Shown here piece by piece: positions 24,776 through 39,048 of a stretch of 60,251 nt of DNA. Under the pieces are notes generated by a model that saw nothing but the letters and a program-made list of their open reading frames with translations, searched no databases and was not told the DNA's origin. The position numbers and the translations under genes were made by a program. The stretch's first letter is position 1. Every line of letters starts with the position of its first letter. Origin of the DNA: Ionaspis alba (lineage: Eukaryota); NCBI GenBank assembly GCA_964255285.1, contig CAXUUL010000026.1, forward strand, positions 1 through 60,251, written 5' to 3'.

Positions 24776-26092
24776 TCAAAACTCCATTCCCATCAAATAG
24801 CTTGTATGTGTCAGAAAAAAAGAAAAGAATGGAAGTACGGAGCTACTGTACCTCTCCAAGATCCTCATAAATTTTGCAACGAAAGCCTCAAGATGAAAGA
24901 TGTGTTTCTGGATCTGTTGTTAGTTTTGCATTCCTGGTTCTATTCGCAACAGACACTGACACTGCCCAGTCTTAATCGGTGTTCATAGAAAGCTGACCAC
25001 TTGACCACCTCCGCTTTCAACGCATCGTCTATCATTGGGATAAGCTTGAATGTGAGGGTCTAGAGACAGATTAACTAACGACATGATGACGCTCACGACA
25101 TCAATCACACCTTCAGTATTGTCGTTGGAGGAATGCAATGGCTGAGCAGATCGTATAGTTTTGCTCGAACTTGAAGTATTCTGGCCGGCGAGTGCTCTGC
25201 TATAATTTCGTCTGCTATTTGTGCGATGAGTGCCTCCCAATCGGGTGGAGGGACAGGTGTTCTGTCATCGACTTTCTCACTGCAGCACCGACATCAGCTC
25301 CGGCGTTCCTTAGTCAAACATTTGGATCTTACTTCTGGGCATGGACAGCCTCGAACATTAGAAGCGCTCGTCGTAGATTCCTCCCGCTTTCCTTTGCAAT
25401 TTTCCTATTCAGTCCCTCTGCATCAGACCAGCCCTCCTTGGTTGCGACCTTCTTGAGCACCTGACAAATCTCAGCTTCAGTCGGTGCAGCTACTCGTACC
25501 AATAACGTCCTTGACCTGATCGGCGCGATAATGTTTGCAGTGCTGTTGGCAAGCAAAATCAGTCTCAAATTCGGACTGTATTTCTCCATGGTCCTCCTCA
25601 AGGCCGCTTGCGCATCGCGGGTGAGATGATCAGCCTCATTGATGACCACGACCTTGAATCGCTGCCGTGCGGATTGATCGACCTGCTGTGTCTGAGCTAC
25701 CTCCTTTAATAAGTCCTGCACGACCACTCGGTCGAAGTTGCCGACATCTGAAGGTGTAATCTCGAGGTGGTAGACGGATGCAACGATATTGAAGTCCAAT
25801 TTTCGGTTTGAAGTCGTTTGAAAGACTCGTGAGTCGATTTTGATTTTCTCCACACCAGGTCCGTAGAGCTCCTTCAGCGTCGCGACTATACGCGTCTTCT
25901 TGCCAGCACCAGAGGGACCATAGACAAGCAGATGCGGGAAATCTCCGCTTTGGGCCTGGAAAGTCTGGTAAATTGAAGTGTGCAAGATACTAGTGGATAA
26001 CCTACAAGGCTCTTCAATCGCTCTGAGAGATCCGGATGATAAGTCAGAGCGTCCAGGCTCCGAGGTCTATACTTGTCAACTAGGAGCGCCAT
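24776..26092 (-). CDS. RFC5: Replication factor C small subunit 5
   Basis: MALLVDKYRPRSL, HLLVYGPSGAGKKTR, INEADHLTRDAQAALRRTMEKY, IFHLEAFVAKFM; five introns. Confidence 0.95.
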
Positions 26093-26298
26093 GTTGCGAG
26101 CCTCTGTACAAGCTTTCTCTGCCTCCAATTGCCCGACAATAATTGCGGAGCACGCGCCACCGCGTAGGATGGGCAGTCGGTGCACAGACCCTGGTCCACC
26201 TTCATTAGCGTGCATAGTTCTCTAGGAGTGCCTTGTCATCGTTGTCATCACCGTTAAACGCGCTGCAGAGCCAATATAATGATCTCTCACGAACCGGC
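26093..26298. promoter_or_regulatory. Bidirectional promoter RFC5/COX11 with MCB-like elements
   Basis: Divergent ATGs about 207 bp apart; ACGCG at 26152 and 26258, CGCGT at 26161. Confidence 0.5.
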
Positions 26299-27243
26299 AT
26301 GCGCGCATCCCCATACAGGCTATACCAAAGCCTTGGTCGACCTGATAAAGGGACGCTTGCGTCTGGGATCCTGGTAGAAGCACACCGTGCTAGAACTTGC
26401 TTAAGGCTCAGCCGTGGACGGCAAATATCAAATACCCAGAAGTCGAGACAGAATGTCACACCAACAATGGAGCAGTTAAGGGCTCCCTTCTACCATAAGA
26501 ATACCTCGACCCTGTATGCTATAGAAGTATCTTAGGGGTCTTCTAATACTGATATTTTCTTTGCAGCTACTACACCTTAAGCATCATTCTTGGTACCGTC
26601 GCTCTTTCTTATGGCTCAGTCCCGATGTACAAGATGGTAATGGGCTGCAGCACCACAACTGTTCTTGGATATATCACTGACTGTTTATCTCAAGATTTGC
26701 CAGCAGACAGGCTGGGGAGGCCAACCCATCAAATCAACAGTCCATGCCTCTGATCCCTTGACTCGCCTGCAGCCTGTGACATCGTCTCGTCGTCTTCGTA
26801 TCACGTTCAATGGCTCCGTCTCGGATGTTATGCCTTGGAAATTTACGCCGCAGCAGCGAGAAGTGCGAGTCCTACCAGGCGAGACTGCATTGGCATTTTA
26901 CACAGCGACGAACAAGAGTGACGAGGACATTATTGGTGTAGCAACGTACAGTGTGACTCCAGGCCAGGTTGCGCCATACTTCAGCAAGATCCAATGTTTC
27001 TGTTTCGAAGAGCAAAGGTTGAATGCGGGAGAGACGGTGGATATGCCCGTCTTCTTTTTTATCGATCCAGAGTTTGCGGACGATCCAACAATGCAAAAGA
27101 TAGATACCATCACCTTGTCGTACACCTTCTTCAGTATGTTCCAAATTCCCTGTTTTCGGAGAAGTGGAAGGCTCATGATACCTCTAGAAGCTCGTTACGA
27201 CAAGAATGGAAATCTTACACCAATGCCAATGGGAATGGGATAG
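26299..27243 (+). CDS. COX11: Cytochrome c oxidase copper chaperone
   Basis: YGSVPMYKMICQQTGWGG and YFSKIQCFCFEEQ copper-binding motif; three introns. Confidence 0.95.
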
Positions 27244-27506
27244 CGGAGGCGACAGAAATTTGATTTTACGAAGTAGATACTCTCGATGGCATTTGAGGAC
27301 AACGATTACCCATCCTTAGTACTGATAGAGTCTTGTGAGGCCACATCCGCAAGAGTTTCCGCCTCGCAAAATCTCGTAGTTATTCTAGCGTGCCTGCGTA
27401 ATTTAGTGTATAGTTCAGGACCTTTGGCATCAAAGAGTGACAAGAGCTCTTTTGGGTTCACGCAACGTTGAACGAGCCGCAACGCACGGAAAGCCTCATC
27501 GTATTA

Positions 27507-29212
27507 TCATGACTTGAGGACCTGCTGTAGCACCTGCCCTAGTATTCCCCGTACTCTTGCTGGCCTAGTTTGGATATATGTAAAGAGTACACCGGTACTC
27601 GTAGCAAATGCAAGTTGTTCTCTCCATATGTACTACAAGCAATCAGCAGATAGTGGTGAAAGGTTGTTGGCTCCGGATTACTCACCTTTCTTTCATACCG
27701 CCGAGGCAACAGCGTGGCTGCAGCTCGAGGTGCTACAAAGAATGCGACCTCTTGTCTCCTCTTCTCCGCTTCAATCAAGATACTCCAACCGCACATCATG
27801 CAACCAGCGCCAACACAAAGTCCCGAGTCCCACATCATGGGCGTGACCGCTTTTGGGCTGAAAATCTTGGGCCCCAAGACCGTGCGTGACAAACATACTG
27901 AATAGTAGAAAATGCTGATGAAGGCCCCCAGAAATGCAGAAGATCGGATGGCGTCTTGAAGCGCACGCTTGAGCGCTCTCAGAGAAGGATTTCTAGCTCT
28001 TACCAGTAGCTGCAGAGGCAGGTACATTGTCAATGCGAACTTGAAAGCCCGACCAAATCGGGAAACGGCGTGCCAGTGGCAGGAAGGTCCGCTACCACAG
28101 TGAACCATTTCGCAGGGTATTGGGATCGTCTTCGCTGGATCGCCCCAAGCTAGAGGCCATCCGTAGTCTTGACACATGCTTTCTAATATAGGGGCCTGCC
28201 TCGTATCCTTTCCATACACGAATTCTCCCCATCGAGCTCGACGCAAGACATCGATAAGACGATGGTCGACGTCTGCAGCTTGAGCAATCCAGGTATTATA
28301 GGCCCGAGGAAGACGATCTGGGAGATAGAACCATGCCCACATCACAGCTCCAGCACTGACCGCAAACACACCAGTATCTGCGAGACGGGAAATTAGGGAT
28401 GCAAGAACAGCTCGCTTGCTTCTTCTCTGATCCAAAATGCTCATCAGGTGGGTAGACCATACATCGCCAATGATTGCGTCCAGCGCTCGTATCACAACCA
28501 ACAGGGTAAGATCCATGGTCTTGCCAGCCATCGACATCGACAAACCAGATACACCATGGTCCTGCGAATAGCAAGTGGTAGTCCTCCTTCTGGCGATATT
28601 AGTGTCGGCGCAAGTCAACTTAGGATCGTTTCCGTTTGCCGTTGGAGCTCCGTTTTGAGGAGCAGGCTCCGTTTCAATGTTTAGCAGTTTCAGACTGAAC
28701 CACGAAGCAACAAATGCAGCAACGAAATGAGCAACGAATGCGAGTTCGCGGCCACTGCTCTTGGTGCGGTCTCGGTGGCTGGATGTAGGGTATTGTAATA
28801 GATGTTTTAAGAACAACTGAAGAAAGGAGTAACCGCCAACCAAGGCTGCACAGAAGAATGGAAATCTATTGAAGGCAAGAGATGACGATAATGTAGCTTT
28901 GGTCTTGAACATAAGGTGTCAGCATTGGAAGGGCTTGCATGCTATAAGTCACATACCGCTGCAATTACTTCTCCTTTGCTCAATCGTTTCTTACGGAGGA
29001 CGATTAGGAAGTTGATAAACCTTGGACCAGTAGTGGAAAGATGGGCAAGTAGGTAGGCCCGGAGAAGTCTACCCAGAGATAGTCAGTCATACAAGCTCTT
29101 CTCGCCCGACTATTCGCACCTGATGTCAGAGAGATACGAAGAGCAGGATTGCCTACGGCTTGATTATGCCAATGGCGGCTTGATGTTGCCGCAATCGACG
29201 AGGAGCTACCAT
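27507..29212 (-). CDS. Integral membrane protein, TMEM135-like
   Basis: PLLRAYLL, AGKTMDLTL, VMWAWFYLPDRLPRAYNTWI, IPCEMVH, RSSAFLGAF, RRQEVAFFVAPRA; three introns. Confidence 0.75.
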
Positions 29213-30428
29213 AATAGAAGCTTCGGGATCTAACGCTACCCCAAATGGAACGGTCTACACGCTCGAGGGGACTCCTCATAGCATTATGAAACACAGCAAA
29301 GCGCTTGCGAATTGTATTCGGTCAGGAGAAAAGAGCCTTCACGGATACGTATCTTGAATCTTGAATAGGTGACAGGTTGACGAGGCGATGGAAGAAGATG
29401 ACTCGGAGAAAAAGAGACAAGAGGAGGTATGCACCAACAGCTCTAAATGGCAGTGTAGGAACGGTTACCGTTGATCGTGAAAAAGCAGCTGTTCTATGCG
29501 ACTGTGGTGCTTCCAGAAGCCACAGTGCAGGGAAGAATGAATCAGGTCTCGGAGGAAGGCCTCGAGTATCTTAGGTTCTGGGACTGCAGGTTATGCCCCC
29601 CTGCGTGACGTGCAGCCTCGACCCAAGACCAAACAAATGTACTCTGCCGTCTTCCATCCTTTAGCATCGGTGGAAGGGGAAGGGGAAAGGGGAAAGGGGA
29701 TCGAGGTGCCGCATTTGGGAAAAGATGAAGCTCGATCTTTCACAATACGAAGGTGAAGAATCACTGTTAAAGTTCCTTTTAACCTACTACTTGCCCTTTG
29801 GACTTGTCCCATGGATTTCTCGTACCGTTCGCTCATTCTTTGACTTTACGCCCAGCCACACGAGTAGCCACAAGGTCGACAGTAGGGCGTGATGAGTATT
29901 ACGTGACGCGCGCATATTGGCGTATAGGGCTTCTCACGGACCAAATCGGCCCACCACCTCTGCTCTCGTGGTCTGCAGAATATCCCGATGCATGTGAATG
30001 TCAACGAGGCCTTGGAAGCAGCACGATACTCACACTCCTGTTTCTAGGTGCTGACTCTTTCAGCAACATAACAAACCTAGGCATTCACGATTACCTACAC
30101 ACCTCCGGTTCCTGCAGTCCGAACCTTCAACCTCCTCTCCAAGAGCATCATCAACACCCCAGCCATTCCGCAACACTGGAAACCCACGTCATCTCGAGAT
30201 CGAATTGTGGTAGTCCCCAACTCGTATTGGGTTGAGATCCACTCCAGCTTGATCATTGCCGCTGGTACAAATCCTCTTTTGAACTCAAAGCCATCCGGCC
30301 TGATCCCATGGGGCAATGCTGTAGGGCAGGACCATGAAATCCGAGTTCCACAGTTTCTCCGCTCCAAAACCAACTGTGTCGTCCCAGATGAGCCTTCGTT
30401 TCGCAGAGGAGAATGGTGAGAGACAATC

Positions 30429-32025
30429 ATGAAGACTGCTCAACTGCAAAATCTGCCTATCATGGATCCCATAAGATCAGGCACCCCCTCGATGCCATTT
30501 GGTTGTGAGTTTCGCACTTCCCCATTTTCGAACTTCCTATCTGACCAATTCCGCAGACTCCTTTTACACGTCCGAGGACGCTCCCAGACCGCCGCCACCC
30601 CCTCCTCCTAGTGGACAGACTCTCCTCGATGCCAACGATTCTGGCTTACTAGATAACTTTTTCGAACAGATGGATGTCGGGCAGTTCCCTTACGATTTTG
30701 GGGTTGAATCCCTGGAGCACAATAGCGGAGAAGGAACTGCTTCATGGGATGCACTACCTCCCACCTACATCGGCTCAACGTCTTCACTTGCGCAGCCGGA
30801 AATACCATCATCGATTCCCGCGCACGATGGTTTTCACGACATGATAGATTTTGATTTCAACGCCGCTTCAGCATTTACACCAGGATTCGATTTGCCCTCT
30901 TCGACCACACCAGAAGTCTTGGCCGCTGCGTCGGCCTTGACGCAAAACGTCTCCCACGTGCTGCAGAAAGACTTCCAGCAGAGGGAATTTCCACGCAGTG
31001 GTGGGAGCAAGTATGTGGCGCATCCCTCGTACTTTTCGAATCAGCCTAAAGCACCTCACCAGCGTGATCCAAGGTATGGCAGACATGATAGCTATGGACA
31101 TGAGGCTCCTCGCGATTATGGAACTGTACCCCCTGGCTCTTACATGAACAAGTCGTCGGTAGCAATGGCGGAGGCCTTACCTACGGCTATCAACCAGGCG
31201 AGATTTGTTGGAAATGTACAACCTCGTAATCATCTCTTCAACAATCTAGATAGGTCACAAGGGACCGATTCCTCGCTTCTCGAGAAGAATTCCAATCTAG
31301 TCTATGGTTCCGACAACAATTTCGGCGCTCATGGGTTTGTACCACCGCCAGACCAGAAGACTGAGGAACAGATCCAAGAAGCTCTTCTAGGCACTTTACA
31401 AGGCTTAGAACCTCAGACCAGTGCTGCTAACACTCAACCTTCGAGCCCAATATTGCAGAAGCAAAAACGTCATCTAGACAGCGTCAGCAGTTCTCTGCGA
31501 CCAGCCCAGGTTCTATCAAATGGTGCACCTCCGAATGGTGACGAAATAGAAGTCCCATCATCATTGTTGACACAACCAAGGAAGCGTCAGAAAAATAAGA
31601 CAAAGCTCTCAAGCTTGGAAGGGAAAGTGGAAGGGCATGGAGCTGAACGACGAGATTCAACCAAGGTCAAAGCAGCTGGCAGGAAATGTCCACCTCCACC
31701 AAAACGCAAAAACAAGGTGCGATCTGAATCAAATGCCTCGCCGACAAAGAGACCGTCTTCCCATTCAGACAGTCAAAAGATTGGCAGGAGGAATCTTTCA
31801 GAGGCTCAGAAGCGAGAAAACCACATCCAGTCAGAAAAAAAGAGGCGGGATCTGATCCGGCTTGGCTACAGTCAACTCTCAGAGCTGGTTCCCAGTGCTC
31901 GCGGAGCCGGGTTCACGAATAGGGATGTCCTTGACCACGGTGTGGAATGGTTGGTGGGTCTTATGAGGGGTAATGAGAAGCTTGAAAAGCAGCTTGCTCA
32001 ACTCAGGGGCGACGACTTTGCGTGA
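30429..32025 (+). CDS. bHLH transcription factor (INO2/INO4-like, C-terminal bHLH)
   Basis: LSEAQKRENHIQSEKKRRDLIRLGYSQLSELVP followed by helix 2; one intron near 30505-30557. Confidence 0.85.
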
Positions 32026-33379
32026 CGCTGGAGAGATGACAAGGTGCTCGATGATACCCTTGGTGGTCTGTCGTAGGATAACGCGGAATATCCTCCAGCG
32101 TTTCTGTATGCGTAATTAGGTGATGACCCTTAGGTCGAGATATCTTCCGAGTACTTTCGAAGGGAGAGTGGATCTCTGGTGTGGGTAAAGTCCACTTGTC
32201 AATGTAGAGCTATAATCACCAAATACTTTGACGTCGTCATCCTGTTCGTTTGTTGTTCGAGGAGCAGTCACGCAATCATGTTCGCGACGACATAGCCTTC
32301 CTGTACCTTTCTCCGTCAGGTCTCTGAAGCTTTACAGAACCCTGTCGCGTGAAGGGATAGATCTGTTAGCTGGTCAAGAAACTCTAGAAAGGCAAACCGG
32401 GCATCCTGAAGAATCTAGATCTGTGCCATGAAGATCTCCGGCTACTCGCAACCATCGAAGTTCACAGTTCAACGCATCTATCTTGAGTAACTCTACTAGG
32501 CCGCACGACGAAAACAGGTGGTGGACAGAGCGATTGATGAGCCAGGTCCCAATAGTTGAACAGTGATATCTGGAGCCAATGACGGCTCATGACAGATTCT
32601 GGTAGAAAGCGATGTGACTGGATTCCGCTTATGAAGATGTCCTTGGATGGAAATATGAAAATCGTTGTATATGTCAGTCGTGAAATTCCACCACTGAGGA
32701 CACTCACAATGCCGGAATAGAGACGATCCGCCAACCTTCCTGCCAGATCTTGGAAGCAGCTTTGTCTATTATCTCCACCTGAGACCTCGAGTCTATCCTG
32801 GACTCCTCTATCAGCACCTTTATGGTCTAGACTGGAACGTGAGGGCTAGGGTATATGGTACACCAAAAAGTGGCTGTTCGCATAATCGTGCAGCTGGGTA
32901 AACATTTACGACGGGGGGCTCCCCGACTCTTCGAACTAAAATCTTCCTCTTTTAGGGGATTTAAGATGGTGGGGCAGCTAAATATTTCGTTTGGTGTACC
33001 ATTTATTTTGGCCGCCGCGTGACTGGATCGTACCTGCGCATGGCGCCGACACCGTGCTATCTGCATCACGCTAACCCTTATCACCAATCTTATCCATCGT
33101 TAGTCGCTGTCCAAAACCGCTGTAAAGAAATCCTTGAGTGTAGGAGGTACAATCCTCAAATATCCGTTCTCCCAACAGAAAAAAATTCTTAGAGCAAAGC
33201 GGATTTACGCCACTTCTTTTGTATGACATCTCCATACTGCAACGGTCTTGGAAAGCACTTTCATTGACCACAATGGGAGATGTGCCCACCCTCATTGATT
33301 CTTTTGTATCCTCAAGCTAGCTGTGCCTAAGTCGCCAATCATCGTGTTACGAGTTTAAATCAGCCAATTGATAAGCACC

Positions 33380-36300
33380 ATGGTTATCGTCGATCAACAC
33401 GAGTATTTGTGTGAAGAGGAGAAGAGATTGAAGGATGATCGCGAGCGCAAAAGGTATTGGAAGAAGTGGGGCCCTTATGTTGCAGAGAGGCAATGGGCCA
33501 CAGGTATACTACCCGATGTGAAAGGCTCGGAAGGGAGAATAAACTTGCTAATGGCACAGTACAGTGAGAGAGGATTACTCGTGAGATCCCCCACCTTACT
33601 ACATTGCTTGACCTGTCTCACCTATTCAACAGAGAAAATGGGGACGCTTGGAGTCGTAGGTGGTTCCCTTCAACTTGAATTCCAGAACTGAGAGCGGCTT
33701 TAGATTTCACGCACGACCATGCAAGGTCGAGAACGTTTAGGTGGGGAGAGGACGGCATTGCTGGGGTTTCAGATACCCACGGCCTACAGAACATTGCCTT
33801 TGCGTTCTGGAATGAAAAGGAGTATGGCATCCACTGCCTTACAGCTGTAGTCTCTCGTTGCTGACAAAGAATAGTGATTTTTTGAAGGAGAGGCTGTTCG
33901 GTCTGTCTAATCCTCAAGGGAACCATGGAGAGAGTATCAAAGAAGCCCATTTCCACCTCGACAACACACCGTCACATAGCTACATGAAATACCTCTACAA
34001 GTATCCGCAGAAGAGGTTCCCTTACGAGGACCTTGTGGCGGAGAATGCCAAGCGGGGCAAGAAGGACAAGGAATATCAATTGATTGATACCGGTATCTTT
34101 GAAGAGAATCGTTATTGGGATATATTTGTCGAAATTGCAAAAGAAGCCGATAATGAGGAAGAACTACTTTTCAGGGTCACAGCGTATAATCGAGGACCAG
34201 AGGCCGCTCCGTTACACATAGTTCCTCACGTCTGGTTCAGAAACACTTGGGCTTGGGGCCACGAGAAACCAGCAAAAAAGCCAAGCATACGGCAGGTCTC
34301 CCCAATGGCGGCACAAACGAAACATCATCGTTTGGGTGACAGGTTTTTTCAGTTGTCCCCTTCACCCGGTATTGGTAAGAGCGGTCAAGACGTCCAACCG
34401 CAGATGATTTTCACAGAGAATGATTCGAACTACAAGACCTTGTACGGTACGCAGAATCCACAACCGTATGTGAAAGATGCATTCCACCGCTTCATCGTGG
34501 ACGGTGACGGTAGGGCGATTAACCCACACTGCAAAGGAACCAAGAGTGCAGCGTGGTACGTCTTTGACGAAGGTGATGGCGTGGCACCTGGGGAATGTGC
34601 TGTGGTTCGATTCAGATTATCTACCAAGTATGAGGGATATCTGGACGAGGAACTCTTTGATGATGTGATTGAGCAACGGAGGGCTGAGGCTGACGAGTTT
34701 TTTTGGCGCATCTCCCCGCTCCCCATGAGTGATGATCTAAGGAACATCCAGCGCCAGGCGCTATCGGGTATGCTATGGACAAAGCAGTACTATCACTTCA
34801 TTTGGGATCAGTGGGCAAACGGTGATCCAGCCATGCCTCCCCCACCGCCAGGAAGAAAGGCCATCCGGAACCAAAATTGGCGCCATATGTTTTTGGATGA
34901 TATCTTAAGTATGCCAGACTCTTGGGAATATCCGTTTTTTGCAATATGGGACACTGCCTTCCACTGCATCCCACTCGGTAAGTTTTATTTCTTTATGCGT
35001 TTGAAAAAAAAAGTTGAGTGGAAATGAGCATCAGGCAATATTGTTTTCCAAAGCTTTCGCTTAGTAGGCAAGATGCGCAACATGGCACTGCTCCAAAGCC
35101 TCATCTCAACTGCATATCTACACCAGACTTGTGCCGTTCTCCTGCTTACTAGTACCACAGCGATGATAGACCCGGATTTCGCTAAGAAGCAACTGGATCT
35201 GATGACACGAGGTACGACGTGGTATCAATCTTTCAACCTTTGATATTCATTGCTCACTATCTATATTCAGAGTGGTACATGCACGCAAACGGTCAGCTCC
35301 CGGCATACGAATGGAATTTCGGAGACGTAAATCCTCCGGTGCACGCCTGGTCAGTATTCCGTACATTCAAGATAGAGAGACGTCTCTATGGTCGCCAGGA
35401 TCTGGACTTCCTTGAAAGAGTCTTTCAGAAACTACTTCTCAATTTCACGTGGTGGGTGAACAGGAAGGACTCTGAGGGTAAGAACGTTTTTGAAGGGGGT
35501 TTCTTGGGACTCGACAATATCGGTTTGTTCAACCGTTCGGAAGCTTTGCCTACGGGCGGTGTTCTCGAACAGGCAGACAGCACGGGATGGATGGCGTTTT
35601 ATTGCCTATCAATGTAGGGCTATGCCAACCCCTCCTTATCGCCGTTTGGGGGACCTGACGTCAATAGGCTCAATATTGCGCTGGAACTGGCCAAGCACCG
35701 TCGTATCTATGAGGTAAGCTTTCATGCTCTCAAACTGGTACCTGATTTGGCTGACTTTGTGACAGGACAGTAAGTCGACGCTGGAGGATACCTGTAAGGA
35801 GGTCGTAAACTAATAACTACAGTTGCATCTAAGTTCTTTGAGCACTTTATTCTGATCAGTGATGCAATGACCTTTCGTAACGGCGGACAAGAGACTTCGC
35901 TATGGAACGAAGCTGATGGGTAGGTCCCTATCCATACTATTGGGGAAACAGCTACATTAAGAAATACATACTGATCGATTTAGCTTCTATTACGATGCAA
36001 TCTCCTGGGGCGGCCCATGGACGCAGCAACTGCCAGTGCGATCATTGGTTGGACTAATTCCCCTCTACGCAGTTCTAACCTTGGAGCCGGAATTGATCAA
36101 CAAATTCCCATCCTTCAGAAGACGAATGGACTGGTTCATCGACAACAGAGGTGACGTAGCTGAACGAAATATTGCAAGCATGAAACGACGGGGTAAAGAC
36201 GACAGACTTCTCTTATCCCTTGTCAGTAAAGAACGCCTGGTCAAAATCCTCGAGAGGATGCTCGATGAAATGGAGTTTCTGTCTCCGCACGGCATTAGAT

Positions 36301-37127
36301 CTTTGAGCAAGTACCATGAAAAGCATCCATACAAAATGGAAGTCAACGGGGAAGAATTTAAAGTTGAATACGTACCAGGAGACTCTGATTCCGGTATGTT
36401 CGGAGGGAATAGCAATTGGCGTGGACCTTTGTGGCTGGCAGTTAATTTCCTCCTCTGTGAATCACTCCTCCGCTTCTACATGTTCTATGGAAAGGAGCTT
36501 CAGATCGAGTGTCCGACAGGTTCCGGCGACTACATGCACCTTGGGCATGTCGCGGAAGAAATCCAACATCGTCTCCAACACCTCTTTGTCCGTGGCGATG
36601 ACGGTCGCCGTGCTGTGAACGGGGCAGACGATATGCTGGATTTTGACCCCCATTGGCGGGACTACCTTTGGTTTCACGAATTCTTCGACGGAGACGATGG
36701 TCGTGGTTTGGGCGCGAGCCACCAATGTGGTTGGACTGGTTTAGTGGCGAAATTGATCCATGATAGTGGAATTAACTGTAGGTTGCCTCAAACACCTCGA
36801 ACTCCATCCACGGCAGCGGCCCACTACTTCGATGAGATCTTCTCCCGATCCGCTAAGCCTGCCAATGGAAAGCCTCATCACTTCCGGAGATCCTCAACGA
36901 ACAGGTCCATTGGCAATCGAAGCAGTTTCGCCACTTCTATCAATGGCGATAGTGATGATGCTAGGTCCGTTGCGAATTCGGCTGCCGTTGCCAAAGATGA
37001 CCCTGAGAAAGAGGAGGCGAATCGGCACATCGCAAACTATGTGACCGAGCAGCTTGAACGTGTCCGGAGTAACGATTCTGTGGCTGTATATGAGGATGAA
37101 TTCGAGGCGCAGCTAGATGGTGCCTGA
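33380..37127 (+). CDS. GH63-like glycoside hydrolase (YMR196W family)
   Basis: [87 protein letters not shown]; many short exons. Confidence 0.9.
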
Positions 37128-37893
37128 TGTTCTCGTTGTGGATACGTCCCTGCTCCAGGCAAATTGCTCCCATAGTCTTTGGGAAGCAGCTAGTTTTACA
37201 TGGTTAGGTAATCGACATAAATAGCGTCATTGGACGGCAGGCATAAATATCGTTTTAGGAATGCTTTACTCGAGTCACGGGGGAGGCCGCCATGCAGCGG
37301 TGTTTTGACTGAATGTTTTATGTCGCGGGTGATCTATCGTACTGTGTCACATGGCAACCACTTGACGTGATGACTGAAGAAGTCCAAACCCGAAGTTTCG
37401 GTTCAACGAAATAGAGAGTTCCACGCAACAGCGGACGGTCTCTTTAAGAGTCACGTAAAACGGGAGAATGCTTAGTCAATAACCTTTCACTGCAAGGTAC
37501 CCCAGACTACTTTTCTTACTATACCAAAAGCTAAGGATCGTCAGGTTTCATTTCAGAGAGGCCTTGGCGTACAGCTCATACAGGTAAACATAGCCTGCAA
37601 GATGAGGCCTTCTCCATCGTACCAAGCACTTTTTAACAGTATTCCGCCACAGCAGACCACGCTACTTCTCAAAATCTCATGTCTCGAGGCTTTTGGCCGT
37701 TCAGAGCCACATTTTCTCGTAACTAAGAACCACGATGCTGGAAGGGGTTGGTTCACGCTGCAACGGCCAGGGTATCACAATTCGACAAGAGCCAATCTCA
37801 TGGTCTTCAGCGCTGCAGTAAGTTCTATTTACACTGTCCCACAAAGCCAATAAGGCTGGCTAGCAAAAAGAGAAACCGCAAATGCTCATAGCG

Positions 37894-38818
37894 TTACAAT
37901 GCGTCTGTCAAGAGCTTGTTCATTTTCGAGATCTTGGACGAGACACTGAGATCTATTGTTCGGTCGCCAATTTCCACGATCAAACCGCCCATGATATCTG
38001 GGTTTACCTGAAAAAAATGCGTTAACTCCGTAGCTCTAGAAGCAATGACACCGTATGGTCATCAAGCCTTACTTTTGGAATCAACTTGAGCTTCTTGCCC
38101 TGACTATATTCCGACTTAGCGACTACAGTCTCGAGCCGCTGGAGTGTCTTAGGGTCGAGTTTCTACACGCGGTTGAAGCATGGGTCAATATTGTAGCTGT
38201 ACTGAATGGCAATTTGTAAGCAACGGACCTGAGCACTTGTGACTGTCAACTCCACCTCTCCCCTTGCCGCTCCCATCAGTGTGGTAAATTTCTCACATAC
38301 ACCTTCTAGTATCCCCAACCGATTGTTGTCTGCTAACGTTGCTAGGAAGTTCTTTACTGTATCGCCCTTGTCAAGGCCACCAGTATGTCGTTGCAATTCT
38401 TGGATGATCTGAGACTTGTCGCTGGGAGTCAGGGTTGGGGCAGTCAGAATCACTGGAAGCTTAGGATCCTTCTTGAAAATCTCCGACAGAGCGGCAAGTG
38501 CTTTGGATGTACTTTCCAAGGAGGATGTTTTGGCTGCCGCAGTGTACTGTTCAAATTAGCCCAAACTCTTACAATGCCCCATCGCAGATCGGCAAGCCCC
38601 GAAAATCTAGCTCTATGCTCTCAAGGTTCATGTGAACATACCAGAGCACTTGCATAGGTTCCATCGAGACCAAAGAGGGCTACAGGAGGCTTGGTATCCT
38701 GCGTTGATGCTACCTGCGCATAGCTTCTCGAGAGAGCAATTACTGCGGCGCCCTGGACCGCAGCAGAACGCGAAGCCGAAGAGCGCAAGGCTAATTGCGT
38801 AGCTTGTCGAGAAAGCAT
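37894..38818 (-). CDS. ATP5: Mitochondrial ATP synthase OSCP subunit
   Basis: Presequence; KPPVALFGLDGTYASALYTAA; NFLATLADNNRLG; VNPDIMGGLIVEIGDRTIDLSVSSKI. Confidence 0.96.
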
Positions 38819-39048
38819 GGTCGAAGGGTGACTGAGAGTTAGTAGAAAATGGATTGACTTTTCACAGGATATAAAGAGCGAGTGGTCCAGGAAGGTGTTC
38901 CGCCAGGTGAGGAGAGGAGAAGCTAGTCTAAGAACAGCTAGTCGAAAGTACATCTTTTTCGGCTCGTTCACGAAGTCATGGTTCACGCAATGAATTTCAA
39001 AACTACAATGCTCAACAAGTTCTACTATTGCAGGTAGTCCACTTACAA

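Noticed and set aside
33070..33082. CTAACCCTTA, telomere-template-like
   Set aside because: Single imperfect copy in the GH63 promoter region; expected by chance.
37497..37853. Splice-like signals and an 83-aa ORF between GH63 and ATP5
   Set aside because: Could not assemble a convincing protein; may be UTR or antisense transcription.
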